A stretch of DNA of 64,000 nucleotides from Vicinamibacteria bacterium (GTDB taxonomy: Bacteria; Acidobacteriota; Vicinamibacteria; Marinacidobacterales; Marinacidobacteraceae), in NCBI GenBank assembly GCA_964291235.2, contig OZ219815.1, positions 32,001-96,000 on the forward strand, given 5' to 3'. The translations under genes and the position numbers were made by a program. Of the stretch, positions 27,293 through 37,500 are shown in pieces. The notes beneath the pieces were generated by a model. It saw only the letters and a list, made by a program, of their open reading frames with translations. It ran no database searches and was not told where the DNA came from. Within the stretch, counting starts at the first letter, position 1. Each line of letters opens with the position of its first letter.

Positions 27293-28329
27293 AGCGGCTG
27301 ACGTTCGCGGCGACGGTCATCGCCGCACTCACCGCGGTGGGCCCGGCGGACGGCTACCGGCTGCGGGACAGGTACCGGTGGATTCCATCCTCCGCCGACG
27401 CGGACCGCTGGCAGAGATCCGACTTCCCGCTCCGTTTCCGGATGCTGGAGAACGACAACGCCCCCATCGGGGTGGAGCTGGGACAGAGCGCCTGGGCGAC
27501 GATCGTTCGCCGCGGTTTCACCCACTGGACCGGTATCCCGACCGCGCAGATCGACCTCATTCTGGAAGACGAGACCGTCAAGCGTTCGGCTGCCGACCAG
27601 GACGACGGCGTCAACACCATCGGGTTCTCTTCGGACGAGGACTTCGTGGATTCGTGGTTTACGGCCTACGCGGCCTGGCGCTGGGACGGCGACCAACTGG
27701 TGGGATGCGACATCGAGGTCAATCCCGACTTCGTAAAGAACTGGGCTCCCCAGGATCCCTACCAGCTCCTGGAGATCGTGGTGATCCACGAAATGGGTCA
27801 CTGCCTGGGACTGGCGCACACCGAGGTGTACCCGATGCCGCTGTGGACCGATCTCCCGGTGAAGGCGGATCCGTCCTTCCTGCCCGACCCCGTGATGTCG
27901 TATTCGAATTCGTACGGGCTGGAGTTGTCCGAGGACGACAGCGTGGCAGTGTCGTTGCTCTACCCCGCCCCCGGGTTCCTGGGATCACGTGGTTCCGTGA
28001 GCCTGGCGGTGGGGGCGGGAGACAATCCATTGGTCTTCGGGTACGTGCAGGCGGTACGGCCCGGCGAACCGGGCATCCCCGCTCGGCCCGGACCGGGAAC
28101 GTTCACCGACCAATCAGGGAACTTCCAACTGGAAGGACTTACCCCGGGTCACTGGATGCTGTGGTTTCACCCGATACTCGTGCCGCGTCGGAACGCCCAT
28201 GGACAAATGCTCGAAATGGCGGATGCATCCAACTCGTCGAGTTTCAATCACTTCTGGACGTGGGTGCGGATCAACGCAGGTCGCAACGTCCAGATCGCGG
28301 CTCCTCCCGCCCGCGGCGCCAGGCCGTGA
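27289..28329 (+). CDS. Secreted matrixin-like (metzincin) metalloprotease
   Basis: HEMGHCLGLAH, Met-turn PVMSY, C-terminal TDQSGNFQLEGLTPG beta-sandwich motif; GTGA overlap. Confidence 0.85.
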   Translation: MKRLTFAATVIAALTAVGPADGYRLRDRYRWIPSSADADRWQRSDFPLRFRMLENDNAPIGVELGQSAWATIVRRGFTHWTGIPTAQIDLILEDETVKRSAADQDDGVNTIGFSSDEDFVDSWFTAYAAWRWDGDQLVGCDIEVNPDFVKNWAPQDPYQLLEIVVIHEMGHCLGLAHTEVYPMPLWTDLPVKADPSFLPDPVMSYSNSYGLELSEDDSVAVSLLYPAPGFLGSRGSVSLAVGAGDNPLVFGYVQAVRPGEPGIPARPGPGTFTDQSGNFQLEGLTPGHWMLWFHPILVPRRNAHGQMLEMADASNSSSFNHFWTWVRINAGRNVQIAAPPARGARP

Positions 28330-28799
28330 GTCTCAGGTCCCTCGCCGGGCGCCGGGGAGGAATCGCCGCCGCCGGATGCTGGTTTCTTCTCGGGTGTGGC
28401 GGGGGCTCCGCTCCCCCCGTTGCTCCAAGCCTCCCGTCGCCGCCGCCACCCATGTGTACCGGCGTCACACTGGAGATGGACTTCCTCGGCCGGGGCGCAT
28501 CGCCCGAGATTTCGCGTGGGAGGCTGACGCTCGATGCAACCCGACTGGACACGTCGCTTCACTTCCTTTCGCCCTACACGATTCTGGAACCGGAGGGCGG
28601 CGCGAACCTGGACGTTCCGGGGCTTCGTCCCACGCTGGGCGTGTTCGTCTCGGACCTCGGGTTCGCGATTCTCGGAAACGGAGCCTACCGGCAGACCATG
28701 ACCCTGGAGTGGCTCTCGGAGCTGGAGTTCTACGCCCTCGAGCCGGATTGTCCGCCGCTGTCCGTCGCCTGCGACGCGTCCGGCTGCACCGGTCCCTGA
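28326..28799 (+). CDS. Lipoprotein, hypothetical
   Basis: GTGA overlap; LLGC lipobox, Pro-rich linker, C-terminal Cys residues. Confidence 0.65.
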   Translation: MSLRSLAGRRGGIAAAGCWFLLGCGGGSAPPVAPSLPSPPPPMCTGVTLEMDFLGRGASPEISRGRLTLDATRLDTSLHFLSPYTILEPEGGANLDVPGLRPTLGVFVSDLGFAILGNGAYRQTMTLEWLSELEFYALEPDCPPLSVACDASGCTGP

Positions 28800-28802
28800 C
28801 GG

Positions 28803-30470
28803 CTAGCGTCCGCGGCGGGGCGCCTGCCGGGACACGATCACCCGGCTGTCGGGAGCGGGAACGTCGAACCGTTCCTCGGCGCCGTCCGGCCAGCGCGCTC
28901 GCAAGCCGGTGATCTCCGCACTGGCCGGAATCCCGAAGTGCGCGACCGGCTCGCTGCTCGTGAGGTAGCCGGCCTCCGGATTCAGGGCGCGCACCAGTTC
29001 CCGGTCCCCGAGTTCGAGCGTCACCACCGCGCCGGGACTGGAGCGTCCGAACTCGCGCGGCTCCACGATCAGGAAGCCTCCGCTCCTTGGCGAGCGGTTC
29101 TCAAAGAGCCGCACCGGTCCACCCACGCCGGTGACCACGAGATCAAGGTCCCCGTCCTGGTCCCAGTCGCCGGTCGCGAGGCCCCTGCCGACCGCGCGGA
29201 CGTCGGTGAACCCCGGGATCACCACTTCCTCGAACCGGCCGTCGCCGTCTCCGACGAACGCCTGCGCCGGCTCGGCATAGGAGCCGAGCCCGCGGGACAC
29301 CGGAACCCCGCCCTCCCGGGCGACCGCCCCGTTCACGAGCACGAGGTCCAGGTCGCCATCCAGTTCGAGGTCGAGGAACCCGGTCCCGAATCCGGTCCAG
29401 GGGAGACTCGGCAATGCCAGCCCCATCGCCGGCGTGTCGTCCAGGAATCCACCGCCGCCCTGATTGCGGTAGAGCGTGTTCGTCTGGGCGCGCAGGTGGG
29501 TCATGAAGAGGTCCAGATCGGCGTCGCCGTCCACGTCGCCCAGCAGCACTCCCATGCTCGCCTCCGAACGTCCCTGGGCGTTCAGCGCCACCCCCAGGAA
29601 GAGCGCCGCGTCCGAGAACGTCCCGTCCTCACCCTGTTCCCAGAGCAGGTTGGGCTCGCCGTCGTTCGCCACGTAGAAGTCGAGCCGGCCGTCCCCGGTG
29701 AAGTCGTGGCAAAGCACCCCGAGCGCGGGCCGGCGTTCGGCGAGGACGCCGGACTCGGCCGAGACGTCCTCGAACGTTCCGTCCCCGAGGTTGCGGTACA
29801 GACTGTCGCGCTCGTAGGGAAGGCTCTGGGGAGAACAGAAGTCGGGCTCGCCGGAGGCCGAAACGCAGTCGCGGTCCGGATCGTTCACCAGGTAACCGCC
29901 GACGTACAGATCGAGGTCCGTATCGCCGTCGTAGTCGCAAAAGGCCACCGAACTGGACCAGCGCTCCCCGAAGACAGCGGAATCCGCCGCCGCGAACCTG
30001 TCACCTCGATTCCGGTAGAGGACATCCGCACCGAAGTTCGCGATCAGGACATCCGGATCGCCGTCGCCGTCCACATCCCCGACGGCGACCCCGGTTCCGT
30101 AGCCGCGGTCGGCGAGACCGAGCGAACCGTCCGTATCGCGAAACGTCCCGTCCGACTGCTGGAGAAACAGGCGGTTTCCGGATATCTCCGCCGCCCGCAT
30201 CCCGCCGCGATCGCCCGGCAGGGGACCTGCCTGAATCAGATATACGTCGAGGCTCCCGTCGCCGTCGGCATCGAAGAGCGCCGCTCCCGAACCCATGATC
30301 GCGGGCAGCGGGAATCGGGCCAGGTCTCCGGGATCGTGGACGAAGCGGACGCCCGAATTCTCGGTGATCTCCTCGAATCGGGGCGCGTCCTGGGCCGCCG
30401 CAGCCGGCGTCCCGAAGATCAGGAGGCTGCCCGCGACGGCCAGGCGGCCGAGGTCTTGCGAACGAACCAA
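28803..30470 (-). CDS. CRTAC1 family protein (FG-GAP/VCBS repeats + ASPIC/UnbV domain)
   Basis: Repeated DxDGDGxxD motifs; YVAND, ASMG, GRGLATGDWDQDGDLD, GYLTSS...HFG, RWPDG; start TTG 30470 is an estimate. Confidence 0.9.
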   Translation of the reverse strand: MVRSQDLGRLAVAGSLLIFGTPAAAAQDAPRFEEITENSGVRFVHDPGDLARFPLPAIMGSGAALFDADGDGSLDVYLIQAGPLPGDRGGMRAAEISGNRLFLQQSDGTFRDTDGSLGLADRGYGTGVAVGDVDGDGDPDVLIANFGADVLYRNRGDRFAAADSAVFGERWSSSVAFCDYDGDTDLDLYVGGYLVNDPDRDCVSASGEPDFCSPQSLPYERDSLYRNLGDGTFEDVSAESGVLAERRPALGVLCHDFTGDGRLDFYVANDGEPNLLWEQGEDGTFSDAALFLGVALNAQGRSEASMGVLLGDVDGDADLDLFMTHLRAQTNTLYRNQGGGGFLDDTPAMGLALPSLPWTGFGTGFLDLELDGDLDLVLVNGAVAREGGVPVSRGLGSYAEPAQAFVGDGDGRFEEVVIPGFTDVRAVGRGLATGDWDQDGDLDLVVTGVGGPVRLFENRSPRSGGFLIVEPREFGRSSPGAVVTLELGDRELVRALNPEAGYLTSSEPVAHFGIPASAEITGLRARWPDGAEERFDVPAPDSRVIVSRQAPRRGR

Positions 30471-30480
30471 GATAACCCCG

Positions 30481-31806
30481 TCAGCGGCCGGGTTCCGGGT
30501 GCTTCTCGCGCAGCGCGGTGAGAAAACCGTCGGGAACCTCGGCCCCCAGAGCCTGCGCTTCGTGGATGGCCGTCCACGCTTCCGTGAAACGGCCGAGTTC
30601 GGCGAGCGCGACCGCCGCCAGCACCCGGGATGGGCCCTCCTCCGGATCGAGCTGGGCGGCTCGCTCCAGGGCGGCAAGCGCGGGCTCGAGGCGGCCCTGC
30701 CGGAGCAGCAACTCGCCAAGCGCGGCGTGGGTCTGCGGCTCTTCCGGCCGCGACTTGAGAGACTCCGAGAACTCGTACTCCGCGGCGGGGAGATTCCCCT
30801 CGCGCGCCCGCAGCACCCCGAGGCCGAAGCGGGCGAGCGCCTGGGCCGGATCGAGCGCCACCGCATCCCGGTAGAAGGCTTCGGCCTCGCCCGGGCGGCC
30901 CCGCTGATCCAGCACGGCGCCGAGTTCGGCCAGCACGCCGGCATCCCGGGGACGAATGCGGGCCAGGTCGCGATAAAGGCTCTCGGCATCGTCGAGCCCG
31001 CCCTCGCTGCGAAACGTCCGGGCCTTCTCGAGCAGTCGTGGAGAGGAGATGTCCCGCTCGCTCATCCGGAAGTGGATGGGATCCTCGATGGACGGCAGGC
31101 CGCCGCCCGGGCGCCCGGAGCCAGCGTCAGCCACCCGCCGCGCCTGGTCCCGGTCTCCCGACGCGCTCAGGGCCCGGACCAGGGCCGAGCGCACCGCATC
31201 GGCGTCGGGCGCCAGCGCCAGCGCCTGCTCGAGGAGCGGGATTGCCGCCGCGGGATCGCCGTTCGCCAGCTCGATCGACCCGGTCCGAAAGAGCGTGAGC
31301 GACGATCCCGGATCGAGAGCGAGAGCCTCCCGATAGGCGTCCTCGGCCCCTGCCCGGTCGCCGATCTCTTCCCGCAACTCGCCGAGAAACACGAGGCTCG
31401 GCGGATATCCCGGATGCTCCGCCACCGCCGCGGCCAGGGTTTCGGCAGCTCCCGCGGGATCGGCTCCGCGGAGCGCGTGCGCCAGCAGGTAGCGCGCCGT
31501 CAACCGGGTCAGGTCACCCGCGGGCAGGCGCCCGAGTGCTTCCCGGTAGCAGCGCGCGGCGTCCTCCACAAGACCGTGGGCGTGCAGCGTTTCCGCGTAC
31601 GCCAGCCAGGTGACGGCGTCCTCCGGCCGCGCCCGGACCTCGCCGGCGCGGCGATCCAGCAGTTCGCGGACCTGGGGTTCCATGTCCGGGCTGACTACTA
31701 CCGGAAGATCCGGTTCCTGCGCGAGCACCGCGCCGGGCGCCATGGCGAGCAGAAGACCCAGCACCCACCACCGCCGGCCGGCAATTGCCGGCGCAAGACC
31801 CCGCAT
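30481..31806 (-). CDS. Secreted TPR-repeat protein
   Basis: Signal peptide then multiple A...Y.EALALDP TPR units. Confidence 0.85.
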   Translation of the reverse strand: MRGLAPAIAGRRWWVLGLLLAMAPGAVLAQEPDLPVVVSPDMEPQVRELLDRRAGEVRARPEDAVTWLAYAETLHAHGLVEDAARCYREALGRLPAGDLTRLTARYLLAHALRGADPAGAAETLAAAVAEHPGYPPSLVFLGELREEIGDRAGAEDAYREALALDPGSSLTLFRTGSIELANGDPAAAIPLLEQALALAPDADAVRSALVRALSASGDRDQARRVADAGSGRPGGGLPSIEDPIHFRMSERDISSPRLLEKARTFRSEGGLDDAESLYRDLARIRPRDAGVLAELGAVLDQRGRPGEAEAFYRDAVALDPAQALARFGLGVLRAREGNLPAAEYEFSESLKSRPEEPQTHAALGELLLRQGRLEPALAALERAAQLDPEEGPSRVLAAVALAELGRFTEAWTAIHEAQALGAEVPDGFLTALREKHPEPGR

Positions 31807-31860
31807 TTCCCTCGAATCGTAGCGATGGAGGAGCCGGCGGGGACAGAAGCCGTGGGTACC

Positions 31861-33921
31861 ATGGCGGCAGCCCTCGGTGCCCCTGTGAACCGCAGTTATC
31901 TGTTCCAACTGTCCGTCGGCGGACTGCTGGCCGCCCCCGCGGCGTTCCTGGCCGGTTCGACGGTACACACCGCGACCTCCGCCGGCCTCCAGAATCCGGC
32001 GCCACGCGAGCTGCTCGGGGAGTGGGATCCGGGCACGCGCCTCGGGGAGACGGTCGGATCCGAGATCTGCGGGGCTTGCCACGCGGAGATCGCGGCGACG
32101 CAGGAGGATCACCCGATGGCCCGCACCGGAGCACCGCTCCCCTCCACGGCCGGCGAGGCCTGGTTTTCCGAGGAACGTCTGGAGGCTTCCGTGCTCTGGA
32201 GAAGCACCGCTCCGGACGGCGCCGAACGACCGCGCTACGCGGCCGACGGGGGCATCGCACTGGTGGATCCGTCGGGCGACCGCGCGGCGGTACACGCGGT
32301 TTTCGGATCTGGTCTCCGGGGCGTGACTCCCGTGCACTTCCGGGAGAACGGAGCGATGCGGGAATTGCGGCTCTCGTGGTCTCACGGGCTCGAGGCCTGG
32401 ATCGAGACCCCCGGGTCGGAAGAGGACCGGGAGCCGCTCGGGGACCTCGATCCTCGGCGGGAGATGCGGAACTGTGTCGGCTGCCACGCCACCTCGGTGG
32501 CCTGGAACGGGCCCGCCCCGGATCTCCACCGGACGGAATGGGGCGTGCGCTGCGAGCGCTGCCATGGACCCGGAGAGGCGCACGCGGGGGCTGCGAATCC
32601 CTCCTCGATCTTCAATCCCGGTCGGCTTACTCCCGCCGAGGAGGTCCGCTTCTGCGGCCAGTGCCACCGGATGCCCACCGATTTCGAGCCGCTCCAGGTT
32701 CTCGGGCGTGACCGGGGCCTCACCCGTCACGCCGCGGCGAGTCTCATGATGAGTGCCTGTTTCCGCACCCCCGCTCCCGAGCAGACGATTTCCTGTACCG
32801 ACTGCCACGACCCCCATCGGGCGGAGGTCTCGGTCGCCGAGCGAAGCCGCGCGGCTTGCCGCCGCTGCCACGAGGATCCGGCGGCCGTCCACGCGTACGA
32901 GCGCGTCACCGCGGCTTCGGACTGTCTCGCCTGTCACCTGCCGCCCCAGGCGGAGGTGTTCCCCGGCGCCGGGTTCACCGACCACTGGATCCGGATCCAG
33001 GGGCTGCCGCCGGCCCCGGGGTCCCCCGAGGAGCGGTCCGGGATCGAATATCTCGAACTGCTCTATCGGAACGAACTCGCCGGAGACCACGATCCGATCG
33101 AGGAAGCGAGGCTGCTGGTCGGTCTTGGAGAATTGCTGTTCGCTCAGGACCTGCAGGGCAGCGCGGTCGAGGCACTCGAGCAGGGACTCGAGGCCGAACC
33201 GGACTACGAGCGGCTGCTCAAGGCGGCGGCGCTCCTGCGGGAGAGCGGGCAGCCGGAGTCCGCCGAGGCGGCGCTGACGCGGGCGACCGCGATGGATCCC
33301 GAGGCGGCGCAGGCCTTTTTCGATCTCGGAGCGCTGCGCCTCGCGGGTAGCGACGGTCCGGGAGCCGTCGTCCCTCTCGAACGGGCGCGCCGACTCGACG
33401 CCGGGTCCGCCGTCGTGGCCTCCAGCCTGGGCGCCGCCTACCGGGAAGCGGGCCGCCTCGATGCGGCGCTCGAGGAAGGATTGGCCGCCGCCGGTCTCGA
33501 TAGCGCCTCGCCTGCGGCCTGGCTCCAACTGGGGCTGACCCGGTGGCGGCGGCGCGAGCTACCGGAAGCACGTGAAGCGCTCCAAAACGCCTTCGAACGG
33601 GACTCCGACGCACCGCCGACCCTCGAGGCCCTCGCGCGCCTGCTCGCGCTCGATCCGGACTCCGAAGTGCGGGACGTGGCGGAGGCGCGGCGGCTGGCGG
33701 AACGTCTGGCCGGCTTCGGCGGCTACCAGGAGCCGCACTCCCTCGATCTGCTGGCGGCGGTGTACGCGGCGGGCGGGGACTTCGAACTGGCCATCCGGAC
33801 CGCCGAGCTGGCGGTCTCGAGAGCGATCGCCGGCGGCGAAGCCGCATTCGCGGGCGAGGTTCGGGAGCGGCTCGCGCTCTACCGGGACGGGCAGGCCTGG
33901 CGGAGCCGCGGCCCGGGATAG
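31861..33921 (+). CDS. Multiheme cytochrome c (7 CxxCH) fused to C-terminal TPR repeats
   Basis: CGACH, CVGCH, CERCH, CGQCH, CTDCH, CRRCH, CLACH; FTDHWIR; TPRs. Start could be 31825, 31861 or 31885. Confidence 0.88.
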   Translation: MAAALGAPVNRSYLFQLSVGGLLAAPAAFLAGSTVHTATSAGLQNPAPRELLGEWDPGTRLGETVGSEICGACHAEIAATQEDHPMARTGAPLPSTAGEAWFSEERLEASVLWRSTAPDGAERPRYAADGGIALVDPSGDRAAVHAVFGSGLRGVTPVHFRENGAMRELRLSWSHGLEAWIETPGSEEDREPLGDLDPRREMRNCVGCHATSVAWNGPAPDLHRTEWGVRCERCHGPGEAHAGAANPSSIFNPGRLTPAEEVRFCGQCHRMPTDFEPLQVLGRDRGLTRHAAASLMMSACFRTPAPEQTISCTDCHDPHRAEVSVAERSRAACRRCHEDPAAVHAYERVTAASDCLACHLPPQAEVFPGAGFTDHWIRIQGLPPAPGSPEERSGIEYLELLYRNELAGDHDPIEEARLLVGLGELLFAQDLQGSAVEALEQGLEAEPDYERLLKAAALLRESGQPESAEAALTRATAMDPEAAQAFFDLGALRLAGSDGPGAVVPLERARRLDAGSAVVASSLGAAYREAGRLDAALEEGLAAAGLDSASPAAWLQLGLTRWRRRELPEAREALQNAFERDSDAPPTLEALARLLALDPDSEVRDVAEARRLAERLAGFGGYQEPHSLDLLAAVYAAGGDFELAIRTAELAVSRAIAGGEAAFAGEVRERLALYRDGQAWRSRGPG

Positions 33922-33988
33922 CGCGGCGGGTGTCAGGGCGTCACCGGGGGAACTCCGTGCCCGGGCGCTGACTGGCTAGGTGGGGGCT

Positions 33989-34124
33989 GTCCCGCCGCCC
34001 CGCTTCCCGGGGCTGTGCCGGCCTGGAGGCCGGCGTTCCCGTGCCGGTGTGCTGAACGGCTGGGGGTGGGCCGTCCCGCCGCCCCGCTTCGCGGGGCTGT
34101 GCCGGTCTGGAGACCGGCGTTCCC
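33989..34124. repeat. Two REP-like units (array 3), same core as arrays 1/2
   Basis: GTCCCGCCGCCCCGCTTC(C/G)CGGGGCTGTGCCGG(C/T)CTGGAG(G/A)CCGGCGTTCCC at 33989 and 34073 (period 84), with a different linker. Confidence 0.88.
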
Positions 34125-34198
34125 TTGCCTGTGCGCCGTGAGGCTGATGGGGGTTTCCTGTGCCTGGGGGCTGTGAGGCTGAGCAGGCGGCTCTCATC

Positions 34199-34448
34199 CA
34201 ACGAGCGAAGAGAAACGGCAGCGAACTCTGTTCGCTGCCTGCGTGACCGGGGGGAAAGTGTGAAAGGGGGGCATCCCCCCTTTCACAAGAAAGCAACGAA
34301 GAATCGGAACTCGCCGCAGTGCGCCGAAGGCGCACAAGGGAGTTGCGGTTCCCGGCGCATTGCGCCGGGCGGTTCGGGGGCGGGGGCCCGAGGCTTCCCG
34401 CGCAACGGCTCCAAGCTGCCCAGCGGGGTGCCCCCGCCTCCGGACCGC
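34199..34448 (+). repeat. Dispersed multi-hairpin element, copy C
   Basis: GGCAGCGAAC-TCT-GTTCGCTGCC; GGGGAAAGTGTGAAAGGGGGG-CAT-CCCCCCTTTCACA; GAATCGGAACTC..CCGAAGG..GAGTTGCGGTTC; CCCGGCGC-ATT-GCGCCGGG; 19-bp stem 34369-34387/34430-34448 with two G-T pairs. Confidence 0.85.
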
Positions 34449-34453
34449 TCGAC

Positions 34454-34485
34454 AAAAAAGGGGGCGGGCCCGAAAGCCCGCCCCC
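34454..34485 (-). terminator. Rho-independent terminator of the TonB-dependent receptor gene
   Basis: Minus strand GGGGGCGGGC-TTTCGG-GCCCGCCCCC-TTTTTT, 23 nt after the stop. Confidence 0.85.
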
Positions 34486-34508
34486 AAAGGTTCTTGGGTT
34501 GAGATCGC

Positions 34509-37500
34509 CTAGAAGGTGATCTTCGCCATGAACTGGAAGGTGCGCGGATAGCCCCGCGTACCCGGGATGCTTCCGAAGGTGGACGATCCCAGGACCGTGC
34601 GTGGCCCGCGCCAGTTCACATGGTTGAAGAGGTCAATGAACTCGAACCGCAGGGTCAGGTTCATGTCCTCGTACATCCGCGTGGTCTTCTCGAGCGCGAC
34701 ATCCCAGTTGATGAGGACCGGGCTGCGCACCGAAGCCGTGTTGTTCGGAGCGTTGCTCAGCGTGAGTCCCTGGGTGAGTTGCGCGTCGCCGGCCGAAAGG
34801 TAGCTGGTGTGGTTCCCCTTCGGGTTGCCGCCGCCGCTCAGGTTCGCACTCGTGGGCCGTTGGTGGTTGAAGCCGTAGGCGCTCAGCGGGTTCGAGTTCT
34901 GCGTGACCACTACCGGGAAGCCGCTCCGCATGATCGCGACCGCCGAAAGCGCCCAGCCACCGAAGATCGGATTGTCACCAGGCGTGCGCCAGGTGCCGTT
35001 CACGTTGAACTGATGCGGCACGTGGACCCGCGACGGTCCGTAGTCGGCATCAAGCACCGGGCACTTGCCGTAAGCGCACTCGTCGGGCGTGTTGTAGATG
35101 ACGCTCGTCTCGTTCTCGAGCAACTGGTTGTTCTCGTAGATGTTGTCCTCGTGCTTCGTGAAGGTGTAGTTGATCCGGGCGCCCCAGTTGCCCCGGAAGC
35201 GCTTCTCGAACTCCACCCGGAGGGCGTTATAGAGCGACTTGCCGGAACTCACGTGGCGGGCGAAGACGTTCCGGAAGTGCGGATACGGACGAAGGAGCTG
35301 GCCGAGCGGCAGCGTTTCCACACCCGAAAAGCTGCCGAAGCGCGGGTCGTTGTAGAAGGGGTTGGGGTATTCGTCGTTCAACCGGTCGCCGAGCGACAGG
35401 TACTGGTCAGCCAGCTGGTTGATGTTGATCGACGAGTTGTTCGTGCCGCCGATACCGAGATCGGCGCCCTGGCTACCGACGTAGCCGATCTTCAGCGCCA
35501 GGTCGTTCCCGATGTCCCGCTGGAAGTCGAGCGACCACTTGTTGATGTACGGCGAGGCGCGGAACTGCTCGTTGAAGTACACGTTGCTGCCAATGTTCTG
35601 CAGGCGGCCGTTGGCGTTGCCGATCGGGTTCGCGATGCCGTTCGGGAACGGGTTCGACGCGGTCGCAGCCGGCGGGGTGATGCCGTCAACGCTGGTCGCG
35701 AGCGAGGTGACGTTCGTGTAGCCATAGGTCCCCAGATGGCTGGCGCCCGTGCCGCTGGGAATGGCGTAGGGCGCCCAGAAGACGGCGTATCCGCCCCGAA
35801 TCACGGTCTCGGGGTTGATCGTGTAGGCGAAGCCGACGCGGGGCCCCAGCTTCATGCCCGGCGGGTCCCACTGGTGGGTGGGGTTGCCGTCCACGCCCGC
35901 GTACATCAGGCCGCCGCGCAGCGGGAAGCCGGGAAGGCTGCCCTCGATGGCCGGGTCAAGCCCGACCTGCATCGGGAACGGGTTGGTCCGGTCCCAGCCG
36001 ACCGCGAAGCCGTTGTCGTCTTCCATGAGGCCGCTTTCGTGCTCCACGCGGAGTCCGAGGTTCAGGACGAGGTTCTGGCTGGGCCGCCAGTCGTCCTGGA
36101 TGAAGCCGCCGTAGTAGTTGATGAAGACATCGGCGGGCTCCGCGATGGTCGCGCTCCCCCCGCTCGGAATGCCGAGGAGCAGATCGGCCATCGCGCTACC
36201 GGAACCGCCGTCCGGCGCGGTGGGGCTCGGTCCCTGGGTGAAGCTCTGGTTGAAGCTCATGGAGAACCCGTTTCCGAAACTCGCGGCGTGCAGCCCCATC
36301 CTCCGGAACTGACCACCGTACTTCACGGTGTGATTGCCGAGGAACATCGAGTAGGTGCCGCTGACCTCGCGCGAGGTCCACTGGACATCGGTGTTGGACC
36401 AGGAACCGTGCGTCGAGCCGCCGTCGCCGAAGTCGGAGACGGAAATGGACGGGAACTGCCCCCCATAGCCGGCCTGCGAATAGAGCTGATCGATGAAGCC
36501 TCCCTGGATTCCGAGGCCCGCGACCTGATCCGCCCCAAACGCCGGGTTGACGACCGAGTCGTTGAAGTACGTCTGGCCGTAGCGCAACGTCAGAACCGAG
36601 GTGCTGCCAACGACGAAGGTGTTGTTCAGGGCAACGGCGTGCACATCGCGGATCAACTCCGCGGCGCCGATCCCGAAATCCGGGGCGCTATCCGCGTTCA
36701 GGAGGTCCGTGTACTGCTGGAACGCCCCTTCGCTGGACGTGTAATAGAGGTAGGTCGCCGTAGCCTGCCAGGAATCCGAGAACGAGTGACTCAGGTTCGC
36801 GGTGGACTGGAGGGCCGTCGTCTTCTGCGCTCCGGACGTACTGATTCCGCCGCCCGGCCCCAGGGTCGTCAGCAACTGGGCCAGGCCGGAGCCCGCCGGA
36901 TCAATCATGTGCGAGGGAATCCGGTTCCCCGCAAACGGTTGGCGGTTGCCGTTCGCGTCGAGGTCGAACGGGTTGTAGATCGTCGTGCCGCTCGCCGAGA
37001 AATCGCCTGCGGCCTCGGCCGCCGTCGGCAGGATGACCTGCGTGTTCTCCGCGAGGAGATCGTTGTTTCCTTCGGCCGAAAACCAGAAGAACGTGCGGTC
37101 CCGCAGGATCGGGCCGCCGAAGGAGCCGCCCCAGAGCCAGAAGGGCTGGCTCGCAAGATCGTCATCGTTGATCTGACCCGAGTCGTACGCCAACTGGTCC
37201 GTATAGGACAGCGCCCGCCAGAGCGTGTTCCGAGTGCCGGGGCGCCGCTGGTACAGGCTGCTGCCGGCCCAGTTGTTCGTGCCGCTGCGGTGGATCACGT
37301 TGAACACGCCACCTCCGGTGCGGCCCATCTCCGCATCGTAGGTGTTGACCTGCACCTTCATTTCCTGCACCGCCTCGAACACCGGGATGATGACGGTGCG
37401 GTTCCGCAGGTCCGTTGTGGAGACGCCGTCCACGGTGTAGTTGTTGCCGCGGAGCGGTCCGCCTCCCAGCGAGAGGAGCGAGGAGTTGGTCTGGTCGGAC

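Noticed and set aside
30295-31860. N-terminal half of the 1208-aa ORF (and the 5' extension of the 1015-aa minus ORF to 33528)
   Set aside because: Each extension is antisense to a real gene; the true genes start near 31861 (+) and 31806 (-).
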